DNA of 64,000 nucleotides from a phage: sequence record PX393110.1; one strand, 5' to 3'. Shown piece by piece: positions 63,617 to 64,000 of this stretch (position 1 is its first letter; each line of letters starts with the position of its first letter). The notes under the pieces were generated by a model. It saw only the letters and a program-made list of their open reading frames with translations, ran no database searches and was not told where the DNA came from. The position numbers and the translations under genes were made by a program.

Positions 63617-64000
63617 GTGTTTTTGAATAATGTTCAACAAGTACGGTCTATCGAATGGGGACAAATGCACTTATGGGATGTAAGATTCCCTGATGCTCCG
63701 TCCCCATTCTCCGACTGGTTTCCTGCTACGGATTATCAGTTGAACTCAGTAACTGGGCTAGCTATGTCTCAGCAGTTTTACATGCGAGATTTTAAGTTCC
63801 CCCAGAGTAAAGGATCTCCGGATTTAACTTTCCAGGTATTGGACGATGAGAAGATGACACTCCACGAGTGGTATCATCATTGGTTCGACGAAATATACCA
63901 GGAGTCTTCCGGAGTACTTACTTTAGCTGAGTGCGTTAGACCAGTTATAGTAGCTACCCTAAATCGTCAGAGACAGAGAGTGTTGTTAGAGACATTCTAT
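63617..64000 (+). CDS. partial CDS (5' portion; continues beyond window end)
   Basis: open frame from GTG 63617 to the window end with no stop. Confidence 0.3.
   Translation, partial: MFLNNVQQVRSIEWGQMHLWDVRFPDAPSPFSDWFPATDYQLNSVTGLAMSQQFYMRDFKFPQSKGSPDLTFQVLDDEKMTLHEWYHHWFDEIYQESSGVLTLAECVRPVIVATLNRQRQRVLLETFY

Noticed and set aside
1-64000. Prophage or mobile-element hallmarks (integrase, transposase, attachment-site repeats) and rRNA genes
   Set aside because: No tyrosine/serine recombinase or DDE transposase motifs were recognised in any ORF; the content is that of a virulent phage, and no rRNA-like sequence was seen.

Overview
This window is a gene-dense segment of a large virulent tailed phage genome with myovirus-type structural genes. 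From ~1 to 50.2 kb nearly all genes run leftward (minus strand): small early-type genes, two separate fragments of a multisubunit RNA polymerase beta-prime subunit, and a replisome block (family A DNA polymerase, primase, helicases, two-subunit type II topoisomerase, fused Mre11-Rad50, FEN and RNase H nucleases). Inserted into the replisome block at ~20.8-30.3 kb is an island of nucleotide- and sugar-modifying enzymes plus a BCCT-family membrane transporter, which I read as a candidate, possibly undescribed, DNA hypermodification system. Two tRNA genes (Met-CAU, Arg-UCU) and a ~0.6 kb ORF-free hairpin-rich stretch lie at 46.2-48.3 kb. From ~50.4 kb genes switch to the plus strand: terminase, portal, scaffold, major capsid, tail sheath and tube. 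Two families of conserved intergenic elements punctuate the minus-strand array: 18 copies of a ~31 bp motif and 5 copies of a GC-hairpin plus AT-rich element. No integrase, transposase, CRISPR array or rRNA was found. All calls rest on motif recognition by eye; no database search was run.
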